Assembly: GCF_000281045.1 (NCBI RefSeq)
Contig: NW_008246089.1
Location: 206,737-270,736 of the forward strand
Direction of reading: 5' to 3'
Length of the DNA: 64,000 nucleotides
Source of the DNA: Saprolegnia diclina VS20
Taxonomy: Eukaryota
The first letter of the stretch is position 1; every line of letters begins with the position of its first letter. The translations under genes and the position numbers were made by a program. Below the pieces are notes generated by a model. It was not told the DNA's origin, made no database searches, and saw nothing but the letters and a program-made list of their open reading frames with translations. This document shows, piece after piece, positions 1 to 10,260 of this stretch.

Positions 1-195
1 AACGACTGGCCAATGGTCGGCGGGGTGGATGACGGCGCCGAGGTCACATAGAGCGACAAGCTCGGGTGGCAACGTCGGCGATGGCAGCGCGTTGAGCCAG
101 GCGAGGATGTCGCGTAGCATCAGTAGGATGCCACGGAGAACGACGCGAGGCAGGCCGGGCGAGGTGGTCGCGCGCCGGCAGACGCGCTTCAACAT
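1..195 (-). CDS. 5' end of a gene running off the window edge; resembles the N-terminus of an expanded oomycete LRR-type family
   Basis: ATG at 195 opens an uninterrupted frame MLKRVCRRATTSPGLPRVVLRGILLMLRDILAWLNALPSPTLPPELVALCDLGAVIHPADHWPVV to the edge. Family resemblance is from memory only. Confidence 0.5.
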   Translation of the reverse strand, partial: MLKRVCRRATTSPGLPRVVLRGILLMLRDILAWLNALPSPTLPPELVALCDLGAVIHPADHWPVV

Positions 196-351
196 GATCC
201 CGCGAAAATTGATTCGCCTCTGAGATTCGATTTCGAAAAGCAGTGGATTTGAAAGGTATGACGTGGCACTTGGACATACAAGGATCCCAACCACCGGCAC
301 GATCGATCTGTACTGGTGCACAGATAGATACATGTGTCCGCATTCTCTGCG

Positions 352-745
352 TTATCTTCGTGGTACTGCGCATACACTGAGATGTGGCATCTCTGCGACG
401 TACAACGCGCTCTTGAAAAACGACGAGGATGAAGACAAGCGATTTAGATTTCGCCTATTTATGTGGCACTTGGCTCGCAGCATGAGTTGACGACGCCCAT
501 ACGTCATGTGCACACGGCGTGCAGTCTGTGATGACAACAAGCAGATGAAAGCGATAACGTCGCCATTCGCGAGGTCGACGAGACGAAAACGAACTGATGC
601 GGCTTTATTGTCGTCCAAGCTGCGTGTCGCCAAGGGATGTAGGCGCTCATTGCCCGATATGGCGTTGAAGGCTACTGTGATCGATTCAAGCGAAGCCATG
701 CGACTCCTGTCGCTGCTCCCGTCACGAAAGTGTCATCTTGCGTGC
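352..745 (-). pseudogene. Degenerate N-terminal remnant of the Uma2-like nuclease family (left partner of cassette 1)
   Basis: ASLESITVAFNAIS and VRFRLVDLANGDVI match ATLESITAAFEAVS and LRFVDLVDGDVI of the 6801 gene. The rest is deleted or scrambled. Confidence 0.75.
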
Positions 746-1012
746 TCTGCGGAAAACGTAAAATGATACATCTCTACACGCTCGCAATGTGGCGCCGTTC
801 AGTCCAGGGCACCAAGTCTGGGGTGCAAAAGCGCAGCTGAAAAAACGCGACGAAGTTGAGGAACAGCCTGGGCTGTCCGAAAGATGAAAACGACATACAA
901 TTTTTAAGATAAAGTAGACCGTTCGTTCGCATCTCGGTCAGAGCGACAGGCCACAACGTCGACAAAGCGCATTCCATCTTTTCACATTTTTGATTCTGCG
1001 GGTTGGAGAGCC

Positions 1013-1834
1013 ATGCAAGACAACACTCCCGTCCCAACGCTCGAGTCCATCACGCAGCCTTTGACACCGTCTCCTTTGAGCAGCTACGACACCACTTGAA
1101 GACTTCCCGCCAACCATTTGTGGTGATATCTGGTGTCTCGATCGAGCTCTTCAACGCCTACTTTGAAGACGACGAAGACGCTCCGGTCACGCTGCGCTTT
1201 GTCGACCTCGTCAACGGCAGCATCATCATTACGGACTTTCCGTCGGAGGCGCACGAGAATTTCATCGGCAATTTCGAGTACGCGTTTCTCCAGGCGTCAG
1301 GAAACGGCACGGAGGTGCGTAAGAGTCGCTCGTTCACGGCGTCACGCGGCCAAGGCATCAAGAAGAAGCAGGCCGACGCGACGTTTGGCCCACGGCGCCG
1401 CACGCTCAACCGAGGCCCACCGCCGACGCTCGATGAAGAACCACCGCGCGTGCTGCGTCGATGCAGCGAGTGGGTGACGCTGGCGGTTGAGGTCGGCCAC
1501 TATCAGGCGTGGAATGGGCTTCTCGTCGCAGGCAATTGGTGGTCCAACTACGTCGGCGTCAAGTACGTGCTTTTGATGCAAGCCGACAAGAAGGCGACAA
1601 AACTGGAATACCAATTGCACGAGATCTCGCAGGTGGGTGATCTCCCGCCGGCGTCCCGACGCGGGACCGTGAAGCTGGGCGACGTCGCCGGTACAAAGGG
1701 TCCGACTCTCCGTTTCGATACGCGCGCTGCTTGAAATTCCTCCAGGCGAGGCGTCGCCGGCGAACATGCACGACTTCTGCAACGTGAACCTTCTTCGTGT
1801 GCTGGAAGGCGCCCATGATATCTTGTCCAAGTAG
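1013..1834 (+). pseudogene. Uma2/PD-(D/E)xK restriction-endonuclease-like gene, copy 1, frameshifted twice
   Basis: ATG 1013 (MQDNTPVPTLESIT) aligns to the 6801 gene. There is a 1-nt deletion at about 1055 and a 2-nt deletion at about 1725. Motifs PSEAHE, QADATFGP, VTLAVEVG and WW..YVGVKYVLL are present, and the homologous C-terminus ends at TAG 1834. Confidence 0.75.
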
Positions 1835-2267
1835 CAGCCCGCAGAATAGTTGGTATATTTCTAAAAACGCTGCAACACAAAACCAAAATGTCACAAAACA
1901 AGAGGCAATTAGACTCGCCCTCCACGGTGTGTCAAAATATCAATCCTACAATGTCTCTGTCGACAAAGAGGCGGTTGGTTATTCCAACTCTCCTACGCCT
2001 GAACTTCTGATGACGTAAAAGACGTGGGCTCGCTCTCGCCAAGGCACGGCCTGCACAATAGTCTGCCCACCGCAGCGCAGCGGAGGTTGGGTGTTGACGC
2101 AGATTCGAGACGTTCACTTTTCAAAGCACTCTATGGGTGGGTATGACGTGGCACTTCGGCATGAGGTAAAGGCGTAAGGGCGCACATATGCTTGTAAATT
2201 CTTGTCCAATCAAGACCACTTTTCACAACGACACAACGGTATATGAATGGACTACCGCAACAGTGTA

Positions 2268-5166
2268 CTAGAGCTTTGGGAGAGATGACGCTCGGGGGGA
2301 GAGATGCCGAGGACTGCCGCCGCCTTTCGAGGACTCCTTGCGTCGCTCCAGGAGGGACTGCACAAGGTCGACGCCGTAAATATTCTCGAGTGGATCTATC
2401 GCACCACGACAATATTCATGAGCGGTTGGATAGATATGCACTTGTAGTACCTCGTATCGTTGGCTTGGTAATCTTTTTCAATTTCGATTTGCTCATCGTG
2501 GGCAGCCCCGGAACTTGAGGGTGGTGAACGAGCAGGCCCGCATCCTTGGTGTTGTTGCTCACGTCGACGAGCAGTGTCGTGGTTGCCTCGGGCAGCGACC
2601 CTTCGATGACGCCCCGGTCCGACACGACGACGCTGTAGCCAAGATCTTGGATGCCAGCCGCGAGCGAGCGCAGGCCCTGGGGCGAAATGTAGTTGTCTTG
2701 GAGAAGCACCTTGGCTATGCCTGGGGCTTTTAGAAGCGCCACGAGCGACGGCACCCCAGCGTCCGTCACGCGGTTGGCGCGCAAGTCGATTTTGCCAATG
2801 GCAGAGCCTTTCTCGGTGGCCGTGCGACTGACGTAGGCAGCGATGTACGGCAGCTCGGCATCCGAAACCCAGCAGTCGCTCAAGTTGATTTCACTGCTGG
2901 CCGGTGCCACGTACGCAAGGTACAAGAGCTTGCTTTTCCCTGCATAAGTTTGAAGCTATGGGACCAACGAGGTGACGCAAAACTGATATATACCTTTTTG
3001 TTCGAGCAAGCACTCGCTACGAAGTTGGTCGAGCTGCGCCTCGAGGTGCTGCATCTTCTCAATGAGCGCCGCATGGTCACGATGGCAACTTTGCAGCACT
3101 GTCGAGGACTCGTGCTGCATACGGTTGAGTTGTTCTTGCAGGACCTTTCATGTTGAATGGATTACAAGTGCAAGTGAACGTGACGTGCGCGAACCTTGTA
3201 GTCCATTTCGGTGCTCACGCGCAACTTCGTCTCGCGGTTCGTCTCGGCCACGAGGCGGTGGATACGATCAAGCAGCTGATGCTTCTCGGCATTCGCGCTC
3301 TCAAGCTCGTGAGCATGCGCCTTCGTGGCCACCACGGCATCTTGGGCGTCTTTATGCAGTTTTTCAATGTAGCTTTGAAGTTCGCGCACTTGTGCTTCCA
3401 GTGCACTTTGGTGCTGTGCGAGCTCGGTCGTGTCGGTTGTATACTGTTTTTGAAGTGCCTCGTATGCCGCCTGGACGCGGTCCAGCACGCCTTTCGTGTC
3501 CTCTTTCCACCGCTGCGCGTCGTTGTACAAGCGTTCGACGTGGAGCATGCGCGCGCTTGTGGCATCGAGCGTCTCGCGTGTGGTCTCGACAGCGTGACGA
3601 AGTTCGTGCACTTCCGACTCGCGTTCCTACACCGCCATGCGTCCATCAAAGTGACAAAACATACTTTTGCGACGACTTGAAGCTTGAGCGTGAGCTCATA
3701 TTGCTTGTTGCGTCGAAGAACGAGCTCCTCTTGAATCGACTCGACCTCGAGACGCGTCGCGTGCCGGAGCTCCGTCAATTCGAGTCGGAACTTTTCACGC
3801 TCTCTCTGAACCTTCTCCAGCGTACTCGCGAGCGACGACGACTGCCGCTCCACCGACTTGCTCTTGAGCTGGAGCTCGATCTCGACCTAGCTTCAACATG
3901 CTACCATCCTCGAGCTCGATTTTGGCATGGCTCGTACGGCCACCGACGCGGTCTTGAGCGACGACGAAGCTTCCTTTGCATGCTGGAGGTCCAGAGTCAA
4001 CGCCGCAACCTCGGCTTGCAGCGCTTCCGTCTATGCACGCGGCTTTAACGCCGCAAAATATGCATTTTGGCACGTACTTTAGCCTCTTGGGCTTGCAGAC
4101 ACTGCAGCAGCTGGGTGTTTTGCTTTGTGCTGAGCTCGATCGCAAACTCGCGGCCTTGTGCCTGCTTGGCATTCGCCTCGAGTGACGTCACGTGGCGCTC
4201 AAGCTTTTCAATCTTGCGTGTACTGCGGTAAAACTCCATCTCCTTTGCACTGAGCGTGCTCTGCAGCTGGTCGACCTCGGCTTCGACTGCATCAAGCTGA
4301 GCCCGTAAAGCGTCGTTGGCGGCCGTCACCAGCGCGAGCTCCTTTGCTTTGGCCGAGATAGCGTCGTCGCGCAGCGAAATGAGTTGATTCTCCGAGTAAT
4401 CTCGCGCCGACAAGCATGCATCGGCCAATATCGGTTTCTGGGCCTCGCGATCGGCCTGCGCTTTTTCATACCGACGCAATAGGACGTGGAGACGGTCGAT
4501 CTCGGTCTGCAGACTCGTGCGCTGCGTCTCGGCCTCGGCGACAGCCGCGAGATGCCCTGCACACGCCTACAACGCCATGCGATCAAACAAAAATTAAGAG
4601 CCAAGTGGTTTGCATTCTACCGTGTCTTTGGCCTCGAACGCGGTCCGCAGACTGTCAAAGTCGGCTTCGGACGTGGCCATTTGCGCCTTGAGTTCGTCCA
4701 CAATCGACTGCTGCAAAAGGAGCTGCGCGCGAAACGCGCTCGAGGCTTTGACCTACAGCGGGCATTGCAGGACAGTAGTCTCGATGCTGACGAGGACCTG
4801 GTCGGACGTGGACGCCGCGGTATCTCGCAGCTCTCGCTCAAGACCTTGGATCGTCAAGTCGCGCTGGTCCAGCTGCGACGTGAGCCGAGCCACCTCTTGT
4901 GTGAGCGCGCCGACTTCAATCTGAAAGGCTTTCGCGGTCTCGTTCAAGAGCACGATGACGCGATCCTTCTCTTCAAGGCGGGCGTCCCCACTCGCCTCAC
5001 AAGCCGAGGTAGTTGGGACCTCGCTCGGCAGAAGAGACGCCATCGATGGCGAGCGCGGAGCTACGGCCGATGCTATCGCTGACGAATCCAGTGTGTTCGA
5101 CGACCGGGCAAAGGATTTGAGCGACGCCTTGGCCTCCTCCGAGAGCGGCGGGGGCTTCCCCGACAT
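2268..5166 (-). CDS. Multi-exon long coiled-coil protein with C-terminal leucine-rich repeats
   Basis: Exons encode heptad-rich E/K/L/Q/R segments. LRR motifs INLSDCWVSD, IDLRANRVTDAGV and VLLQDNYISPQG follow. The last exon DPLENIYGVDLV...SSLPKL ends at TAG 2268. Confidence 0.75.
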
Positions 5167-5726
5167 ATGGCTTAATCGACCAAAATGAAGCGCGTGAAAC
5201 GAAGCGTTTCGTAGTTAGTCGAAAGTCACAGATTAACTAGAGATGGCGTCCATCGCTTTCTGTCGACAAACTGTGACCGTTGGTCGCATGCAGTGGTGGG
5301 GCACTGGGTGTGAGCCTAGCCCACGTCAACACCACTAGGCCGGGACAAGGCGATGTGTGTTTGCACGTTTAGTCCTACGGGAGAAGCCCGTTGATGTGAG
5401 ACTGTACAATCTTTGGCAGCAGCCAGTAGACGTAGCTTAGCTGTCACCTCCCTATTTGCCTCGTAGTACACACGCCGGTGTTTGGGAGTACGGCCTCCCT
5501 TTGTCTGGCGTTGTCTTCGTGGCGGAAGCGGTCACACAAACACCGTGGTGTCAATTTTCTCAGCGTTGAATACAGTGTCGTACACGTCAACGTTCAAGTT
5601 TGCTCTCATGATTGCGATGCTTCAGACGATCAACCCTTGGTGAGTATAGCGCTGGTATATCAAAGAGGACCTCCAAGCTGCACCTTCAACTTAAAACTAC
5701 GACGTGCTTGAGATCGTATCTAGTAG

Positions 5727-6564
5727 CTACTCGCTGATCATGCCATCATTTGTTTCTTGGAGCAGGTCGAGCAAGCTCACGTTGCAAACGTCGTTCATTC
5801 CAGAGGGCAACGGCAGTCCAGGAGGAATCGCCAAAACGACGCGCGTGTCGAAGCGGAGGATGTGATCACCTGCAGCTGCGTCGTCCTCGACCGTCAGCGT
5901 TCCTTGCTGCGACGGCACCGGGAGGTCGCCGATCTGCGAAATCTTGTGCAATCGGTACTCCAACGTCGTCGCGTTCTCGTTGACTTTCATCAAAAGCACG
6001 TACTTGACGCCAACGTAGTGGGACCACCAGTTGCCCGCGGCTTCAAGCCCATTCCACGTCTGATAGTGGCCAACCTCGACAGCCAGCGTCACCCAGCTCT
6101 TGAGCTTACGCAGCACGCGCGGTGGTCCTTCATCGAGCGTCGGCGGTGGGCCTCGGTTGAGCGTGCGGCGCCGTGGCCCAAACGTCGCGTCGGCCTGCTT
6201 CTTCTTGATGCCTTGGCCGCGTGACGCCGTGAACGAGCCAATCGATTCAAGCTCCTTGCCTGAAGCCTGAAGCCTGGAGAAGCGCGTACTCGAAACGGCG
6301 GGTGAACTTCTCGTGCTCACACGATGCAACATCCGTAATGATAACGTCACCGTCGACGAGGTCCACAAAGCGCAAGCGAAAGGGAGCTTCCTCGTCGTCC
6401 TCAAAGTAGGCGTTGAAGAGGTCGACCGAGACACCAGAGAGGACGACGAACGGCTCGTGGCACGTCGTGAAGTGGTGTAGTAGCTGCTCAAAGGAGACGG
6501 CCTCAAAGGCCGCCGTGATAGACTCGAGCGTTGCAACTGAAGTGGCGAGTGCGGGGTTGTGCAT
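5727..6564 (-). pseudogene. Uma2-like nuclease gene, copy 2, single +1 frameshift
   Basis: ATG 6564 gives MHNPALATSVATLESIT. One extra base at about 6261, within cttcaggcttcagg, splits it into ORFs 6247..6672 and 5727..6710. Removing that base gives a full-length homologue with QADATFGP and LAVEVG. Confidence 0.8.
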
Positions 6565-7047
6565 CGTAAAATGATACCTCCACACACTCGCAATGTGGCG
6601 CCGTTGAGTCTTTGAGTGTACAAAGAGCAACTGGGCAAAGCTGGGCAACGTCGCTTCCCAGGACGAACACACGGACCTGTCCAGAATGAGAAAACGGGAA
6701 GCGATTCCAAAGAAAAAATAGTCCGTTAGGATCAGAGCGACAGGTCACCAAGTCGTCAAAGCCCGTCATTCCACGTCAGCTTTTTCCGGGTTGGCCAACC
6801 ATGCAAGACGACGCTCCCGTCCCAACGCTCGAGTCTATCACGGCGGCCTTTGAGGCCGTCTCCTTTGAGCAGCTACTACACCACTTTACGACATGCCACG
6901 AGCCGTTCGTCGTCCTCTCTGGTGTCTCGGTCGACCTCTTCAACGCCTACTTTGAGGACGACGAGGAAGCGCCCTTTCGCTTGCGCTTTGTGGACCTCGT
7001 CGACGGTGACGTTATCATTACGGACGTTGCATCGTGTGCGCACGAGA
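6309..7047. repeat. Inverted repeat: arms 6309-6533 and 6823-7047 (about 225 bp, 5 mismatches), spacer 289 bp
   Basis: Base-by-base comparison of the 5' coding parts of the two divergent genes. Confidence 0.92.
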
Positions 7048-7619
7048 CGGTCATCGGAAATTTCGAGTACGCGTTCCTCCAGGCTACAGGCGACGGCGAT
7101 GAAGTAAACTCGAGTGGCTCGTTCACGGCGTCGCGAGGCCAAGGCATCAAGATGATGCAGGCTGATGCGACCTACGGTCCATTTTACAATACGCTCAACC
7201 GAGGCCCACCGCCGACGCTCGATGAAGGACCACCGCGCGTGCTGCGTCGATGCAGCGAGTGGGTAACGTTGGCGGTTGTGGTCGGCCACTATCAGACGTG
7301 GACTGGGCTTGAAGCCGCGGGCAACTGGTGGTCCCACTACGTTGGCGTCAAGTACGTGCTTTTGATGAAAGTCAACGAGAACGCGTCGACGCTCGCGTAC
7401 AAGCTATTTGAGATCTCGCAGGTGGGCGATCTGCCCCTTCCGTCGCAGCAAGGGTCTCTGACGGTCGATGACGACATGAAGCAGTACATTCTTCGTATCG
7501 ACACGCGCCATTTGCTCGCTATTCCACACGGAGACGAGATTCCCTCAGGCATGCACGACGTGTGCGCTGTGGACCTTGGTCGGGTGCTCCGACAAGCACA
7601 TCGCAGCTGCCACAACTAG
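6801..7619 (+). CDS. Uma2-like nuclease family protein, copy 3 (intact 272 aa; AVVVG replaces AVEVG)
   Basis: Intact intronless ORF. The HE, QAD, LAV(V)VG and WW..GVKYVLL pattern resembles Uma2/DUF820 REase-fold proteins. Confidence 0.7.
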   Translation: MQDDAPVPTLESITAAFEAVSFEQLLHHFTTCHEPFVVLSGVSVDLFNAYFEDDEEAPFRLRFVDLVDGDVIITDVASCAHETVIGNFEYAFLQATGDGDEVNSSGSFTASRGQGIKMMQADATYGPFYNTLNRGPPPTLDEGPPRVLRRCSEWVTLAVVVGHYQTWTGLEAAGNWWSHYVGVKYVLLMKVNENASTLAYKLFEISQVGDLPLPSQQGSLTVDDDMKQYILRIDTRHLLAIPHGDEIPSGMHDVCAVDLGRVLRQAHRSCHN

Positions 7620-7914
7620 GTCGCGGTGCATCAACTCCAAAACTCGCATTTCACTTCTTTTGTTGCTACCCAATGCACTAGTAGCAGCAGAATCGTATTG
7701 AAGGATGCACCGCGCATGGTTTCGGTCGGACGCACGGGGTAGCTGGGCCAAGGATGGGCACAAGCGAAACCCTTCCTTGTGTTTCATCGGCTTAAATGCA
7801 CCACACATCCAAGCCGTAGCGACAGCATCATTGAGTGTACCCTTACCCGATTCCTCGACAATGACACCAAACTGCGTTGTCGACGAGCATGCGTGAAGGA
7901 GCAAGACGATGTGT

Positions 7915-8219
7915 GAAACCGCGGGCATCTCCACTGCGTTGGCGTTCAGTACGAGCTTTGGGTGCAAGTCAACGAGAACGCGACGAAACTAGAGTCCCGA
8001 TTGTACGAGATTTCGCAGGTGGGCGCTCTCTCGGTGCCGTCGCAGCAGGGGACGCTGACGGTCGAGGACGACGCCGCTGTCTCCGTCCACACCCTCCGCA
8101 TTGCCACGCGGACTGTCTTGGCGATTCCTCCTGGACGGGCGCCACCACCTCGTAGGAACAACGTTTGCGAGGTGAACTTGCTCGAGGTGCTTCAAATAGC
8201 GCGTTGTGTCAGCAAGTAG
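7915..8219 (+). pseudogene. C-terminal fragment of the Uma2-like family (copy 4)
   Basis: VNENATKLESRLYEISQVGALSVPSQQGTLTVEDDAA...LAIPPG...NVCEVNLLEVL matches the C-termini of copies 2 and 3. The N-terminal two thirds are absent. Confidence 0.85.
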
Positions 8220-8379
8220 TGGGAGCCTCGAGCGTCGTTGATCGACAGTGCTACGAGTCTTCGTGTACATATTGCACACGGTTAAGGGTGCAAACGCTCC
8301 TTGTTTGAAGCCAGATGTTTAATGTACGGCACATGGACATGGCAGGTCCATCTCAAGGCAAGAAGGCTGCGTTGCTGGC

Positions 8380-9598
8380 TTACGCACGCTTGTCGGCTTC
8401 GGCAATAACGCGCTTGACGATGGCATCGAACGCTGTCGCCGCACTCGACTTGGGGTAGGCTTCGAGGAAGCTCACGCCTTGCTCGCACGCTTGCGTGAGG
8501 TTGGCGTCTAACGGCAAACGACCAAGGAACGGCACGTTGAATGCACTCGCCATGGCTTCGCCGCCTCCCGACGCTGGCGGAAACACTTGGAGTTGGACCG
8601 CGTACGGGAGGAGCTCGGGCGCCTTCTCGCGCAACACCTAAAGAAGCGCGCGAGTGATAACCTAACCGCAACCTGTCTCGCTACCTGAAGAAAGTGCGCC
8701 GTGTCGTCCGACGACGTCGCGGGGTTGACAAACTTGACTTGGTCGAGCGTCTGCTGGATGCCCGCCATGTTCTCAACGACACTACGAGAAGGCTGAGCAC
8801 GATCCGGCGACCAACGACATCCGTACCCGAGGATGGGGAGGTTGGTCTTGCGGCAAAAGTTGAGTTCTTTGCGCACGTCGGCCATCGCCACCTCTTGCGG
8901 CGTCGTGACGACCACCGCACCGTCAATCTTGGTCTCCTTCATGTACTAGTGCCAAGCCAAGTGTCGATGATGGCGCCACAGGTAGAGTGTACGTACCTGG
9001 ACAATGCTAATGTGTTCGTCCGACGTCCCCGGCGGCGTGTCGATGATGAGGTAGTCGAGCTCGCCCCACGTCACGTCGGTCAAAAACTGCTTGATGAGGC
9101 CGCTCTTCTTCGGGCCGCGCCAAATGATCGCGTCGTCTTGGTTGGGCAGCATAAAGCCAATCGACATGACACCGAGGTTGTCGTCAACGTACACGGGCGA
9201 CCAGCCGTCGTTGCTCTGATGCACCTCTTGGCCGCTCAGGCCCAGCATGCGGGGGACGCTCGGGCCTGTAATGTCCACGTCGAGGAGCCCGACCTGGTGC
9301 CCCATGCCGGCGAGGCCAAACGCGAGCTGGCAACTCACGGTCGACTTGCCGACGCCGCCCTTCCCGCTCAGCACCAAGATGATGTGCTTGATGTCCTTGA
9401 GGTGGTTCTTGACCTGGGCCATCGTCGGGTCCGGGAGCTTGGTCGCGCCGCTCGCGCAGAGGTTCTGGTTCGGGCAGCCCGCGCAGCCGCTGGCCTTGCC
9501 GGCTTGATCGCTCTGCGTGCCCACGCAGCCTACGCCGCCATGTCCATACCGTCATGCCCATCCATCTTACCAGCGTTCGCATCTGTCGGGCGGTCCAT
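8380..9598 (-). CDS. NBP35: Cytosolic Fe-S cluster assembly factor NBP35/NUBP1 (spliced)
   Basis: N-terminal [12 protein letters not shown]-loop [30 protein letters not shown] and VVENM motifs. Confidence 0.93.
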
Positions 9599-10114
9599 CT
9601 TGATCTTCTTGTCGTTTGGGAATTATCTACCTGCCACTTGTTCATGAACCCGCTTTCTTTGTCTCCTTGGCGACTGACACGTTAATTGCGCAAACCAACG
9701 CGTTTTAGTAAAACATCGCGTCAAAGGCGTTTAACGTACTGCGTTTAAACGAGTCGCTTCGGAATCCCAGTTGCCGGATCGGTGCCGAAATCGTGGGGTT
9801 TCCGAGCCAGCCCACGACGGCTTCGCCTGCACTCTGCGAGCCACCAAGTATACTCTAAGCTTAATAGGTGCTCTAGTATTTTTCTATCATATGCATCGGA
9901 CCCTAGTCCTTATCGTCCTCCAGGTCTCGTAGGTATAAGCCCGGCCTTGCTATCGTCGCACAATGCATCATGGCGTCTGTAGTATAGTGGTCAGTACCTC
10001 AGTACAACGCTTCATGGAGCGCTACATCGACGTCGTTGGTATAGCACCTCATATAAACGCTAGTCGCCAGCTACTATTCGCATATCAGCAGAATATTGCT
10101 GACAAAAGACCCTT

Positions 10115-10194
10115 TTTCGCGCTGTTTTTCGCGGAACGTTCCGGAATTGAATTAAATTATTAAAATATCCAAATATCTTTTTTGAAATTTCAAA
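10115..10194 (+). promoter_or_regulatory. E2F-like sites (TTTCGCGC 10115, TTTCGCGG 10127) and palindromic CHR-like TTTGAAATTTCAAA (10181-10194) upstream of LIN9
   Basis: Matches to the animal E2F and CHR consensus sequences in an AT-rich promoter 70-150 bp upstream of the ATG. Confidence 0.4.
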
Positions 10195-10260
10195 CCTTGC
10201 AAATCAGCGACGCGGCAAAGTATAAAGCGTGAGAGGTTCTTCCAAGCCGTATACCGGACG

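Noticed and set aside
1003..1734. 243-aa ORF as an intact gene
   Set aside because: It needs a TTG start. The homologous ATG (1013) and C-terminus lie in another frame, so it is the middle part of a frameshifted gene.
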